This document shows positions 15,309-24,264 of a stretch of 35,818 nucleotides of DNA, piece after piece. The notes below the pieces were generated by a model that had not been told where the DNA came from, searched no databases, and saw only the letters and a program-made list of their open reading frames with translations. Source of the DNA: a virus (taxonomy: Duplodnaviria > Caudoviricetes); the IMG/VR virus record IMGVR_UViG_3300016665_000054, positions 1 to 35,818 of that record; one strand, written 5' to 3'. Each line of letters starts with the position of its first letter. The first letter of the stretch is position 1. Made by a program: the position numbers and the translations under genes.

Positions 15309-16558
15309 TGGCAGTAATTCCAGCACAGGGCCGGGACCCGTCACAGCGTGAGCAGATTTTAGCAAGCCAAAGTCTACTTCCCACAGAATATATGGCTCCC
15401 AATTATCTAACATATGGGAACGCCGTTAGTTTTGGGCAAAATGCTGATGTTGGTCTTTATCCCGGCAAGCAATATGTGCTTGTTGATAACCGGACTGGGC
15501 AGCAACTTGCCGCTGGCAGCAGCGCAGAAGAAATTCAGAATATCCTGAGCATCATCAACAATGAACTTGTCCCGCAAGGGGGTAAGGCTGACTGGCGATT
15601 GCTCGACATGGGTGGCGCGCCGACTGGTGCAACGCTCAATATGCACACAACCCTGCCTTCTGGCTTCGGTGAAGCGGTGCAGATTGGCAACCAATACGGC
15701 ATCCCAATCGCTGGAGACAGGCCAAACAACTTTATTAAAGATATGCTCATTCCATTGCTAACGCCGATTGCGGCCACGGCTGGTGCATATTTTGGGGGTA
15801 ACGCCCTTCTCGGCGCACAGGGTGGCGGTGGCGCTGGTGCGGCTGGTGCTGGCCTTGGCGGGGGCGGGGGTGGGGCTGGTATCGGCACGGGAACATCGCT
15901 TGCAGGCGCTGGCCTTTCGTCACTCCCTGCCAATCTTGCCGCAATTCAAGCTGGTGCAAACGCTGCTCTGGCAACATCCGGGCTGTCTGGCCTTGGTGCT
16001 GTTGGTGGCGGGATTGCGTCTGGCGTGGCTGGCGCTGGCATCGGTGGCGGATTGGGCGCAGGCGCTGGAACTGCCGGACTTGGCGCTACAGGCGCTGGCG
16101 TGGGCGCTGGCGCGGCTGGTGCAGGCGTTGGTGCGGGTGCTGGTGGCTTGGGCGCTGGCTTAGGCACAACTGGCGCAGGAATTGGGGCTGGTGCAGGCGC
16201 TGGCCTTGGCACTGGGGCTTCAACGGCAGCCACATCGGGCGGTAAGGGATTGCTTGGCAGTGTCTTAGGCAAACTTGGGATTAGCGACTATATCACCCTT
16301 GGCAGTCTTGCAGCCTCTGGTGTTGGAAGCCTTCTTGGTGGCGGCGGCACTAGCGCACAAACTCCTTACGTCTCACCATTCGGCGCTGTGGGTGGCATTG
16401 GTGCTGGTCGTGACATGAGGGCGACCCCGAACATTGCTGATTATGAGCAATACGGCTTTGGCCCTGAAGCCACGTTCTTCAAGCCTGAGTATAACCAGCT
16501 AGTGTCCAGCACGTTCCAGCCGACAACGCAGGCTTACAGGCCGCTTATCAATGGGTAA
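15308..16558 (+). CDS. Gly/Ala-rich virion or ejection-like protein
   Basis: About 170-aa G/A-rich stretch flanked by hydrophobic segments; TAATG overlap with the portal gene. Confidence 0.65.
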   Translation: MAVIPAQGRDPSQREQILASQSLLPTEYMAPNYLTYGNAVSFGQNADVGLYPGKQYVLVDNRTGQQLAAGSSAEEIQNILSIINNELVPQGGKADWRLLDMGGAPTGATLNMHTTLPSGFGEAVQIGNQYGIPIAGDRPNNFIKDMLIPLLTPIAATAGAYFGGNALLGAQGGGGAGAAGAGLGGGGGGAGIGTGTSLAGAGLSSLPANLAAIQAGANAALATSGLSGLGAVGGGIASGVAGAGIGGGLGAGAGTAGLGATGAGVGAGAAGAGVGAGAGGLGAGLGTTGAGIGAGAGAGLGTGASTAATSGGKGLLGSVLGKLGISDYITLGSLAASGVGSLLGGGGTSAQTPYVSPFGAVGGIGAGRDMRATPNIADYEQYGFGPEATFFKPEYNQLVSSTFQPTTQAYRPLING

Positions 16559-16799
16559 TCCGATGGACCGTCAAACGGTGATTGACAAGGCCGAACACTG
16601 CAACCGTCTGGTCAAGGATGAGTTGCTGATTGAAGCCTTTGAGGCTGTAGAGGCCGACATTTACAACGAATGGCGCACCAGTGCCGTGGGCGATTACCAG
16701 TATCGCTCTGACCTGTTTCACACGCTTAAAGGATTAGAGCGTTTGAAAACTAGACTGCAAAAATACATCGACGATGGAGTGATTGCGTCTAGGAGTTAA
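16551..16799 (+). CDS. Conserved small protein preceding the scaffold gene
   Basis: Helical 82-aa ORF in the usual portal-scaffold slot. Confidence 0.75.
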   Translation: MGNPMDRQTVIDKAEHCNRLVKDELLIEAFEAVEADIYNEWRTSAVGDYQYRSDLFHTLKGLERLKTRLQKYIDDGVIASRS

Positions 16800-16821
16800 C
16801 ATCAACATGAAAAGGTGATAT

Positions 16822-17829
16822 ATGACGGAACAAGTCGGCAACCCCCAAGGCGGGATCGGCCTCCACGAAGCAACCTTAGCCATTAGTCAATTGCTCGGCC
16901 CCGATGAGGACAACCAAGAAGAGACTGAGGCGCTAGATCAGGAAACTGATCGGGATGAAGCGGAATACGACGACGAGGGCGATGCGCCTGAAGATGAGTA
17001 TGACGACGAGTCCGAACTGGATGAAGAAGATGGTGAGGAAGAAGCCTCGCAGGAACTTCCAGACGATCTAACCGTCAAGGTCAAAGTTGACGGCGAAGAG
17101 ATGGAAGTCACCCTCGCAGAACTTCGGAATGGCTATAGTCGGACTTCAGATTACACGCGGAAGGCTCAGGCTCTCGCAGAGGAACGCAAGGCGTTTCAAT
17201 CGGAAGCTGAAACCATCCGTCAAGAACGCGCTCAATACGCTGAATTGTTGCCGCTGCTCCAGCAGCAATTGATGCAACAAGCCAGTGCGGAGCCTGATTG
17301 GGACAGTCTTTATAACGAAGACCCCATTGAGGCAGCGCGGTTGGAACGACAGTGGCGCAAGTCCCGTGAGGAACAGTCGTATCGGCTCCAAGCCATTCAG
17401 GCAGAGCAGCAGCGACTGGCACAGGAGGCAGCCACAGACCAAGCGAGAGCCATTCAGGCTTTTGTGGAAGCAGAACGCGCTAAGTTGCCTGACGTTATCC
17501 CAGAGTGGAAAAATCAGGAAACGATGGTTCGGGAAGCGAAAGAGTTGCGGGACTGGGCGATTGCTCAGGGCCTGACGGAACAGGAAGTCGACAGCCTGCG
17601 TCAAGCCAGCCACGTTGCTCTGATCCGCAAAGCGATGCTCTACGATAAGGGCAAGACACGGGTGCAGCAGTCTAAGAGCGCACCTAAAAAGTCGGGCAAG
17701 GTTATTCGTCCCGGCTCGTCAGGCTCACAGGTCGATGGTCGTCAAACCGATGTAAAGAGGGCTTCACAGCGTCTTGCACGTTCTGGCCGCATTTCTGATG
17801 CAGCCGCACTTTTGGATAAACTCATTTAG
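16822..17829 (+). CDS. Capsid scaffolding protein
   Basis: Acidic N-terminus, VKVDGEEMEVTLAELRNGYSRTSDYTRK, coiled coil, SGRISDAAALL end. Confidence 0.9.
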   Translation: MTEQVGNPQGGIGLHEATLAISQLLGPDEDNQEETEALDQETDRDEAEYDDEGDAPEDEYDDESELDEEDGEEEASQELPDDLTVKVKVDGEEMEVTLAELRNGYSRTSDYTRKAQALAEERKAFQSEAETIRQERAQYAELLPLLQQQLMQQASAEPDWDSLYNEDPIEAARLERQWRKSREEQSYRLQAIQAEQQRLAQEAATDQARAIQAFVEAERAKLPDVIPEWKNQETMVREAKELRDWAIAQGLTEQEVDSLRQASHVALIRKAMLYDKGKTRVQQSKSAPKKSGKVIRPGSSGSQVDGRQTDVKRASQRLARSGRISDAAALLDKLI

Positions 17830-17844
17830 TGAAAGGCCCATATC

Positions 17845-18807
17845 ATGGCTATTGTTGCAAATACCTTTACCCGTTACTCCGCCATCGGCATTCGTGAAGA
17901 TTTGTCGAACGTCATCTATAACATCGCTCCGGAAGAAACTCCGTTCATCTCGAACATTGGCCGCGAGAATGTTAAGAACACCTACTTTGAATGGCAGACG
18001 GACGATCTGGCTGCTGCTTCTGCTTCTAACGCCGCGCTGGAAGGTGACGATGTAACGTCGTTCACGGCTGTCACGCCGACTGTCCGCGTTGGTAACTACA
18101 CGCAGATCAGCACGAAGAACGTCATCATCTCCGGCACGGTTGAGGCTCTGGACCGCGCTGGCCGTCGTTCGGAACTGACCTACCAGCTTGCCAAGCAGGG
18201 TTCGGAACTGAAGCGCGACATGGAAGCCGCTCTGCTTGCCAACCAAGCGTCGGTTGCCGGTAACACGACGACTGCCCGCCGCACGGCTGGTCTGCCTGCG
18301 TGGTTGACCTCGAACACCTCGTTCGGTTCGGGTGGTGCTAACCCGACTGTTGGCTCGACCCCGACTGCTGCCCGCACGGACGGCACTCAGCGGGCCTTCA
18401 CGGAAACGCTCCTCAAGAACGTCATCTCGGCGGTCTGGACGAGCGGTGGTAGCCCGAAAATCCTCATGACGGGTGCGTTCAACAAGCAGGCTGCATCTGC
18501 CTTCACCGGCATTGCGACCCGCTTCCGTGACGTTCCGGCTGGTTCGCAGGCTCAGATCGTTGGCGCTGCTGACGTGTATGTGTCTGACTTCGGCACGGTG
18601 AGCATCGTTCCGAACCGCTTCCAGCGTTCGCGTGACGCCTTCGTCCTCGATCCTGAAATGGCTTCGCTGGCGATCCTGCGTCCGATCCAGCAGATGGAAC
18701 TCGCCAAGACCGGCGACGCTGAAAAGCGCATGATGCTGGTTGAATATGGCCTGAAGGTCAACAACCAAGCGGCACACGGTATTGTGGCCGACCTTACCAC
18801 GTCGTAA
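17845..18807 (+). CDS. Major capsid protein (DUF5309/SU10-like)
   Basis: GIREDLSNVIYNIAPEETPF, EWQTDDL, GNYTQI, ELKRDME, LAKTGDAEK. Confidence 0.93.
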   Translation: MAIVANTFTRYSAIGIREDLSNVIYNIAPEETPFISNIGRENVKNTYFEWQTDDLAAASASNAALEGDDVTSFTAVTPTVRVGNYTQISTKNVIISGTVEALDRAGRRSELTYQLAKQGSELKRDMEAALLANQASVAGNTTTARRTAGLPAWLTSNTSFGSGGANPTVGSTPTAARTDGTQRAFTETLLKNVISAVWTSGGSPKILMTGAFNKQAASAFTGIATRFRDVPAGSQAQIVGAADVYVSDFGTVSIVPNRFQRSRDAFVLDPEMASLAILRPIQQMELAKTGDAEKRMMLVEYGLKVNNQAAHGIVADLTTS

Positions 18808-18820
18808 GGTGTTGGGGTCT

Positions 18821-18842
18821 GGGGAGGGGTTCGCCTCTCCCC
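18821..18842 (+). terminator. Hairpin after the capsid gene (weak terminator or mRNA stabiliser)
   Basis: GGGGAGGGG-TTCG-CCTCTCCCC; lacks a U-tract. Confidence 0.6.
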
Positions 18843-18860
18843 TAACTCACCGGAGGGAAA

Positions 18861-19169
18861 ATGAGCAAACGTATCATTACAGACGATAGCGCAACCACAG
18901 GCATCGTCACATCATTCCATTATGACGCAGACACCGATGAGGCGATCATCACGAAGGAACAGGATGTCACGTCAATCATAGAAGCCAACAAGGTCGAATT
19001 TAACAACGCCACTGACCGCTGGGGAGAGTGGACAAAGGTTGGCTCTATTCCACTTTCATTGTATTATGAACTTGAGCGCAAAGGCATTCTGCATGACCAG
19101 AAGGCCCTAGCTGCATGGTTGAACGATCCCGACAATCGGGCGTTTAGAACAAGGCCGGGAACGATCTAA
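18861..19169 (+). CDS. Conserved virion-associated protein
   Basis: QDVT.IIEANK...VGSIP...WLNDPDNRAFRT motif; GGAGG RBS. Confidence 0.75.
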   Translation: MSKRIITDDSATTGIVTSFHYDADTDEAIITKEQDVTSIIEANKVEFNNATDRWGEWTKVGSIPLSLYYELERKGILHDQKALAAWLNDPDNRAFRTRPGTI

Positions 19170-19789
19170 TGGCGATTACGACCTATTCAGAATTGCAAAG
19201 TGCAGTCGCTGATTGGCTTAACCGCCAAGACCTCACGTCTGCCATCCCGAACTTTATTTCGCTGGCAGAGGCGCAACTGAATAGGTCGCTTCGCAACCGT
19301 AAGATGCAGACGAGTGCAACGCTCACTCTGTCATCCAATTACGTTAACCTTCCGGCTGACTGGCTTGAGAATGTCCGTGTCCAACTGAACACCAATCCTG
19401 TCACGCCTTTGGTCTATGAGACGCCTGAGCAAATCCTTGAGGATAGCCAAAAGTATTCTGCAAACGGCCAGCCGATGTATTTCAGCGTTATTGGGACGCA
19501 ATTGCAGGTTCTGCCATATCCAGACAGTTCATATGACCTGAGCCTGCTGTATTACGCTAAAATCCCCGCATTGTCGGTGTCCAACACGACAAACTGGCTG
19601 CTGACGGAAGCGCCTGACCTGTATCTCTACGCAACCCTGATCCAGTCCGCGCCGTATCTGAAGGAAGATGAGCGGATCGGCACTTGGGCTGCAATCTATG
19701 ACCGCATTTTGAACGATATGAACATTGCCGACGACAATGCGCGTGTTGGCAACAGCAAGATCGTCTCTCGCGTTCGCTCCTTTGGATGA
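19169..19789 (+). CDS. Head-tail adaptor protein
   Basis: MAITTYSELQSAVADWLNR.DLT..IP.FI.LAE; TNWLL..APDLYLY. Confidence 0.85.
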   Translation: MAITTYSELQSAVADWLNRQDLTSAIPNFISLAEAQLNRSLRNRKMQTSATLTLSSNYVNLPADWLENVRVQLNTNPVTPLVYETPEQILEDSQKYSANGQPMYFSVIGTQLQVLPYPDSSYDLSLLYYAKIPALSVSNTTNWLLTEAPDLYLYATLIQSAPYLKEDERIGTWAAIYDRILNDMNIADDNARVGNSKIVSRVRSFG

Positions 19790-19800
19790 TAGGTTAAAAC

Positions 19801-20550
19801 ATGGCTGACACAACCACCACAAACCTTGGCCTCACAAAGCCTGAAGTTGGCGCATCAGCCGACACCTGGGGGACGAAACTCAACACCGATCTGGATACAC
19901 TGGACGCCATCTTTAAGGCTGACGGCACGGGGACGAGCGTCGGCATGAATATCGGCTCCGGAAAAGTTCTGGCTCTGGCTGGCACATTGACCGCTAACGG
20001 CGCAACGCTGTCTCCCACTGAACTTAGCTACCTGGACACCGTTTCATCTAACATTCAGACCCAGTTGAACGGGAAACAAGCCACGCTCGTCTCTGGCACA
20101 AACATCAAGACGATTGGCGGAACAACGCTCCTCGGTTCTGGTGACATCACATCACTTGGCATCGCCATCACTGGAAACGCTGCAACGGCCACGACGGCGA
20201 CGACAGCTAACACGGTGGCATCCGGCGGCACGATTGACGGCATCGTGGTTGGTTATCGCAGCATCCCTCGGTCAGCCACAACCAGCGGCTCTATTCCTAC
20301 TACCGAAGTCGGTAAGTGCATTCCGGCTACTGCTGGCATCACAATCCCAAATAACACGTTCGCTGCTGGTGACGCAATTTCGATCTATAACGACAGCGCA
20401 AGTTCAGTCACGATCACTGCGGGTGTAACGACCTTGCGTCAGGCTGGGACAGGAAACACTGGAAACCGGACGCTGGCTGCACGTGGACTTGCGACAGTCT
20501 GGTTTAATAGCCCGACAGAGGCGATCATCTCTGGAGCGGGTGTCAGCTAA
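19801..20550 (+). CDS. Tail fibre protein
   Basis: [28 protein letters not shown] anchor; [15 protein letters not shown]; GTNIKTI. Confidence 0.8.
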   Translation: MADTTTTNLGLTKPEVGASADTWGTKLNTDLDTLDAIFKADGTGTSVGMNIGSGKVLALAGTLTANGATLSPTELSYLDTVSSNIQTQLNGKQATLVSGTNIKTIGGTTLLGSGDITSLGIAITGNAATATTATTANTVASGGTIDGIVVGYRSIPRSATTSGSIPTTEVGKCIPATAGITIPNNTFAAGDAISIYNDSASSVTITAGVTTLRQAGTGNTGNRTLAARGLATVWFNSPTEAIISGAGVS

Positions 20551-20960
20551 TGAGCGGCATCCAGATGGCCCTGCTAGGCTCTGAGCAAGCCGCAACGGTC
20601 AATTTCAATGACGTATACGCCTATGCCGTTAATACAGGCGCAAGCGCTGTGTGCGGCTATCGCGTCAACGACGACGGCTTTGACTACAAGAATGCAAACG
20701 GCACTTACACATCGTTCCAGCAATGGGTGACGCCGACATCGGCTGGTGGTAACTTTGAAGTTAATGCTACAGTCTCGTCTGGTCTCACTCCGACTGGGAC
20801 AATTGGATCTTGGGTTGCGACATCAACCGACCCGACATGGACCATTTCTCGCGCCACGGTTGGCGTGAACCTCTCAACCCTTTCAATTCAAATCCGCCGC
20901 GCCGGGACAACAACCGTGTTGGATACATGGACTGTCACGATTGAGGCAGAGAGAACGTAA
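20550..20960 (+). CDS. Tail fibre-associated (tip/adhesin-like) protein
   Basis: [10 protein letters not shown] start, T/S-rich beta composition. Confidence 0.65.
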   Translation: MSGIQMALLGSEQAATVNFNDVYAYAVNTGASAVCGYRVNDDGFDYKNANGTYTSFQQWVTPTSAGGNFEVNATVSSGLTPTGTIGSWVATSTDPTWTISRATVGVNLSTLSIQIRRAGTTTVLDTWTVTIEAERT

Positions 20961-20965
20961 CGTAA

Positions 20966-21190
20966 ATGTCGGTGGAAACTATGAGCATCATTGACCCTGT
21001 TGAATACGGCAAACTTCTTCACGCTGTAGAGGCCCTTGAGGGCAAGGTTTCTGACATGGAGGCCGACATTAAGAAGTTGGTGCAGCTTGCCGACCAGTCT
21101 AAGGGTGGCTTTTGGGTTGGGATGACAATCGCCTCGATCATCGGCGGCATCATTACCTACGTTAGCAACTTCTTTATCGCAAAGCCGTGA
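20966..21190 (+). CDS. Small coiled-coil plus C-terminal transmembrane protein (XhlA-like lysis accessory)
   Basis: Coiled coil followed by KGGFWVGMTIASIIGGII; precedes the endolysin. Confidence 0.65.
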   Translation: MSVETMSIIDPVEYGKLLHAVEALEGKVSDMEADIKKLVQLADQSKGGFWVGMTIASIIGGIITYVSNFFIAKP

Positions 21191-21191
21191 C

Positions 21192-21719
21192 ATGGCTGCC
21201 GGTAACTTCAACGCCTGCTTGGCTGAGATCCTGAAGCACGAAGGTGGCTTCGTAAATCACAGCAAAGACCCTGGGGGGATGACGAATTTGGGCGTCACCA
21301 AGGCGACCTATGAAGAGTGGATCGGCCATCCTGTATCCGAAGCCATCATGCGCAAGTTGACCCCGCAGCTTGTCGGCCCGCTCTACAAGAAGAAGTTTTG
21401 GGACATGATGAAGTGCGACGGTCTGCCCAAGGGCCTTGACCTGTGCGTGTTTGACTTCGGGGTGAACGCTGGCGTTAAACGCTCTGCTAGGATGCTACAG
21501 CGCCTTGTCGGGGTGTCTGACGATGGGGTGATAGGTCCGGCCACTCTCAAGGCTGTAGAGGCCCGTAAAGCGGTTATAGGCACTCACGCGCTGATTACGT
21601 TCTTTCAGGCGGAGCGCCGTGTGTATTATAAGTCACTGACGCACTTCCCGACCTTCGGCAAGGGCTGGCTGCGTCGCGTTGATGCCGTTGAGAAAACTGC
21701 ACAGGCGATGGTGCGATGA
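21192..21719 (+). CDS. Endolysin, glycoside hydrolase family 108 with peptidoglycan-binding domain
   Basis: HEGGFVNHSKDPGGMTNLGVT, FDFGVNAG, DGVIGPATL, FGKGWLRRV. Confidence 0.93.
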   Translation: MAAGNFNACLAEILKHEGGFVNHSKDPGGMTNLGVTKATYEEWIGHPVSEAIMRKLTPQLVGPLYKKKFWDMMKCDGLPKGLDLCVFDFGVNAGVKRSARMLQRLVGVSDDGVIGPATLKAVEARKAVIGTHALITFFQAERRVYYKSLTHFPTFGKGWLRRVDAVEKTAQAMVR

Positions 21720-21937
21720 CGCTCAAGGATATTGAGAGCGCACTTCTTGAGCGTGTCCGTGTCTGGTGGCGACCGATCTCCTGCATTGGCATCGCTGGCG
21801 GTGTCGTCATTCATGGGATTGTCCTTCCCTTATGGAGGCAGGAAAGCCTCGATTTGATGGGTTGGGCTGCTGTAATTACTGCTTGCTCTACAGCGTTCGC
21901 TGTGCGAACATGGGAGAAATTAAAGCGGGACGGTTAA
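21716..21937 (+). CDS. Holin
   Basis: WWRP motif, two transmembrane segments, RTWEK basic C-terminus. Confidence 0.75.
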   Translation: MTLKDIESALLERVRVWWRPISCIGIAGGVVIHGIVLPLWRQESLDLMGWAAVITACSTAFAVRTWEKLKRDG

Positions 21938-21938
21938 A

Positions 21939-22439
21939 ATGGAAACTTGGGTTAAAGCGATAGATTTCCCTGAATATGAAGTTTCTGATTTGGGAAATAT
22001 TAGGCGCATATCCTCTGCGAGGGGGGCTACTGTCGGCGCGAAGTTAAAGCCATACGACAGCAATGGATATACCAAGGTAACGCTTGTTTCTGGAGGCCGT
22101 AAAAGAAAAGTTTCTGTTCACAGGCTGGTCCTTGAGAGTTTCACTGGAAGGCCGTCTGAAAAGTTGGATTGCTGCCATAACAATGGCATTAGGAATGATA
22201 ATAGGCTCGAAAACCTGAGATGGGCTACAAGGTCTGACAATATGGCTGACGCAAAAACTCATGGGACAGCAGCCATTGGAAGCAGAAACGGCCACGCAAT
22301 TTTGATTGAAAACGATGTAATCCAGATACGGTGGTTGAAGAGCAACGGGCATAAGGTATCGGACATCGCAAAGAGATACCTCGTGTCTCACCAAGCAATA
22401 TCTGATATATGTCGCCGGAAAAATTGGAGGCACATATAA
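21939..22439 (+). CDS. NUMOD4-HNH homing endonuclease inside the lysis cassette
   Basis: ETWV...YEVSDLGNIR, VHRLVLESF, CCHNNGIRNDNRLENLRW, C-terminal HTH. Confidence 0.92.
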   Translation: METWVKAIDFPEYEVSDLGNIRRISSARGATVGAKLKPYDSNGYTKVTLVSGGRKRKVSVHRLVLESFTGRPSEKLDCCHNNGIRNDNRLENLRWATRSDNMADAKTHGTAAIGSRNGHAILIENDVIQIRWLKSNGHKVSDIAKRYLVSHQAISDICRRKNWRHI

Positions 22440-22799
22440 ATGCCAACGATTAACCCGGTCTTTGGCTATGTCGCGGCTGCTGCGCTTGTCAGCGGACTTG
22501 CTGTAGGCTGGAAGGTCCGCGACTGGCAGTGTGACGCTGCATACGCAAAGGCTCTCGAAAAGGCGGAGCGTGACCGCAAAGCCTTACAGGGGAAAATCAA
22601 TGCTATTTCAACGACTTACGAACAAGAGCGCAATCAAGCCGATGTGGTGGTCAGCGGAACGCGCACAACAATCCGCGAGATTTATAAAACTCTGCCGCCT
22701 GTTCCTGCTGATTGTTCTCCTGACATTCGTGTTGTCCGCTTGCTCGAAAGCAGTGTCAGTAACGCCAATCGAGCCGCTTCCGGCAAATCTGGCGAGTAA
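22440..22799 (+). CDS. Rz: Inner-membrane spanin (Rz-like)
   Basis: N-terminal transmembrane segment, coiled coil, C-terminal Cys; overlapped by a lipoprotein ORF. Confidence 0.75.
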   Translation: MPTINPVFGYVAAAALVSGLAVGWKVRDWQCDAAYAKALEKAERDRKALQGKINAISTTYEQERNQADVVVSGTRTTIREIYKTLPPVPADCSPDIRVVRLLESSVSNANRAASGKSGE

Positions 22800-22944
22800 C
22801 TGCCCAGACCTTCCAGCCGTGCCTAATCCCTTGGTCGATCCAGAGCGATCCATCTGGGAAGTCGAGATCATTGCAAAATATAGTGATTGCGCATTAAAAC
22901 ACCGACTAACTGTTGAGGCATGGTCCAAAGCGGTTAAAAAGTGA
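22642..22944 (+). CDS. Rz1: Outer-membrane spanin lipoprotein (Rz1-like)
   Basis: Shifted frame overlapping Rz; hydrophobic signal, LSAC lipobox, Pro-rich with C..C; start uncertain. Confidence 0.75.
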   Translation: MWWSAERAQQSARFIKLCRLFLLIVLLTFVLSACSKAVSVTPIEPLPANLASNCPDLPAVPNPLVDPERSIWEVEIIAKYSDCALKHRLTVEAWSKAVKK

Positions 22945-22953
22945 GGGGACGAT

Positions 22954-23949
22954 ATGACGATCTTATCAGATGAAGAGTTCATCAAAGCGTGGCAGACCTG
23001 TGGTGGCAGCCCGCGACAAATGGCTGACATTACTGGCCTCGACGAGCGCAGTATTTACAAGCGGCGCAGGGCGTTGGCGAACAAGGGCATTATCCTGCAA
23101 AGCAACCCAAGAACGAGCAATGCGGGATCATATGGCACTTGGTCCAAGGATGACGTTGGCCGTGCGTATCGCAAGCAATTGAACCACTCAATTGATACTG
23201 GCTCTGTGATCGTTTTCTCCGATGCCCACTGGTGGCCGGATCAGGACATAACGTGCGCCAATCACGCCCTGCATGAACTCATCAGGGAACTGAGGCCCGT
23301 TGCGATGGTTGCCAATGGCGACATTTTCGACGGCGCTCGTATCTCTCGCCACGCTCCGCTAGGCTGGTCTGAATTGCCCACCGTCAAGCAGGAACTGGAG
23401 ATCTGCCACGAGCGGCTGGCCGATATTGAAATGCTTCTGCCGCCCGGTTGCGAAAAGTTCTGGAACATCGGCAACCACGACGCCCGCTTTGACCGCGCTC
23501 TGGTCGTTGGCGCTGCTGAATATGACGGCATTGTTGAGCGGCTGGAAGATAAGTTTGACCGCTGGGAGATGGCATGGTCGCTGATGGTCAATGATACCGT
23601 CATCATCAAGCACCGCTACCACAACGGCATTCACGCGGCCTATAACAACGCTTTGAAGGCTGGTAAGTCAGTTGTCACCGGACACCTTCACCGCCTCGCT
23701 GTAACGCCCTGGGCGGACTATAATGGCCGCCGCTGGGGTGTGGACACTGGAACGCTTGCCAACCCGCACGGCCCGCAGTTTGATTACGCTGAAAACAACC
23801 CGTCTCCGCATACGTCCGGCTTTGCGGTCCTAACTTTCAAGGACGGGATGCTGCTTCCGCCTGAGTTATGTGAGGTGCTTGGGTCTAAGGCATATTTCCG
23901 TGGTCAGTGCGTTTACGATGCAGGGGGTGAAAATGATTTCAGCAATTGA
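22954..23949 (+). CDS. Calcineurin-like metallophosphoesterase with N-terminal HTH-like segment
   Basis: SDAH, NGDIFD, GNHD, KH and GHLH motifs. Confidence 0.88.
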   Translation: MTILSDEEFIKAWQTCGGSPRQMADITGLDERSIYKRRRALANKGIILQSNPRTSNAGSYGTWSKDDVGRAYRKQLNHSIDTGSVIVFSDAHWWPDQDITCANHALHELIRELRPVAMVANGDIFDGARISRHAPLGWSELPTVKQELEICHERLADIEMLLPPGCEKFWNIGNHDARFDRALVVGAAEYDGIVERLEDKFDRWEMAWSLMVNDTVIIKHRYHNGIHAAYNNALKAGKSVVTGHLHRLAVTPWADYNGRRWGVDTGTLANPHGPQFDYAENNPSPHTSGFAVLTFKDGMLLPPELCEVLGSKAYFRGQCVYDAGGENDFSN

Positions 23950-24262
23950 GTTTCTTGAACGAGCCGCTGACCTGATGCTTGAACGCGGTCAGGAATACGA
24001 CACGGAAAACGGTGAACGCAGCATGGCGCAGACCGTTGCCGCCTTCAACGTCATCACTGGCAACATCATGTCAGAGCAAGAGGGCTGGCTGTTTATGTTG
24101 CTCTTGAAACTTGTCCGTCAACACCAAACTGATGGGTGGCATCAGGACAGTTCTGAGGACGCAATCGCCTATGCGGCTTTGATGGCTGAGTCGTGGCAAA
24201 AAGAGCCAGAAGATGATATAGAGATTACGTTCACGTTCTACCCTGATGGTGAAGATGACTAA
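23933..24262 (+). CDS. DUF6378-like protein
   Basis: FLERAADLM.ERGQEYD..GERSM..V.AFN.ITG...FMLLLKLVR...DS.EDAIAYAAL. Confidence 0.75.
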   Translation: MISAIEFLERAADLMLERGQEYDTENGERSMAQTVAAFNVITGNIMSEQEGWLFMLLLKLVRQHQTDGWHQDSSEDAIAYAALMAESWQKEPEDDIEITFTFYPDGEDD

Positions 24263-24264
24263 AC

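Noticed and set aside
15820-16260. DNA tandem repeat or collagen-like region
   Set aside because: No fixed DNA period and no Gly-X-Y register; it is protein-level low complexity
17764-18777. 337-aa antisense ORF, and similar long shadow ORFs such as 658-1227, 14700-15413, 28484-29062 and 35212-35754
   Set aside because: They lie opposite well-supported genes with biased codon usage and have no recognisable motif or RBS
8991-19806. TTAAAACATGGC before ORFs 9005 and 19801 as a CtrA box or late promoter
   Set aside because: Does not fit TTAA-N7-TTAA; adequately explained as an A-rich translation start context
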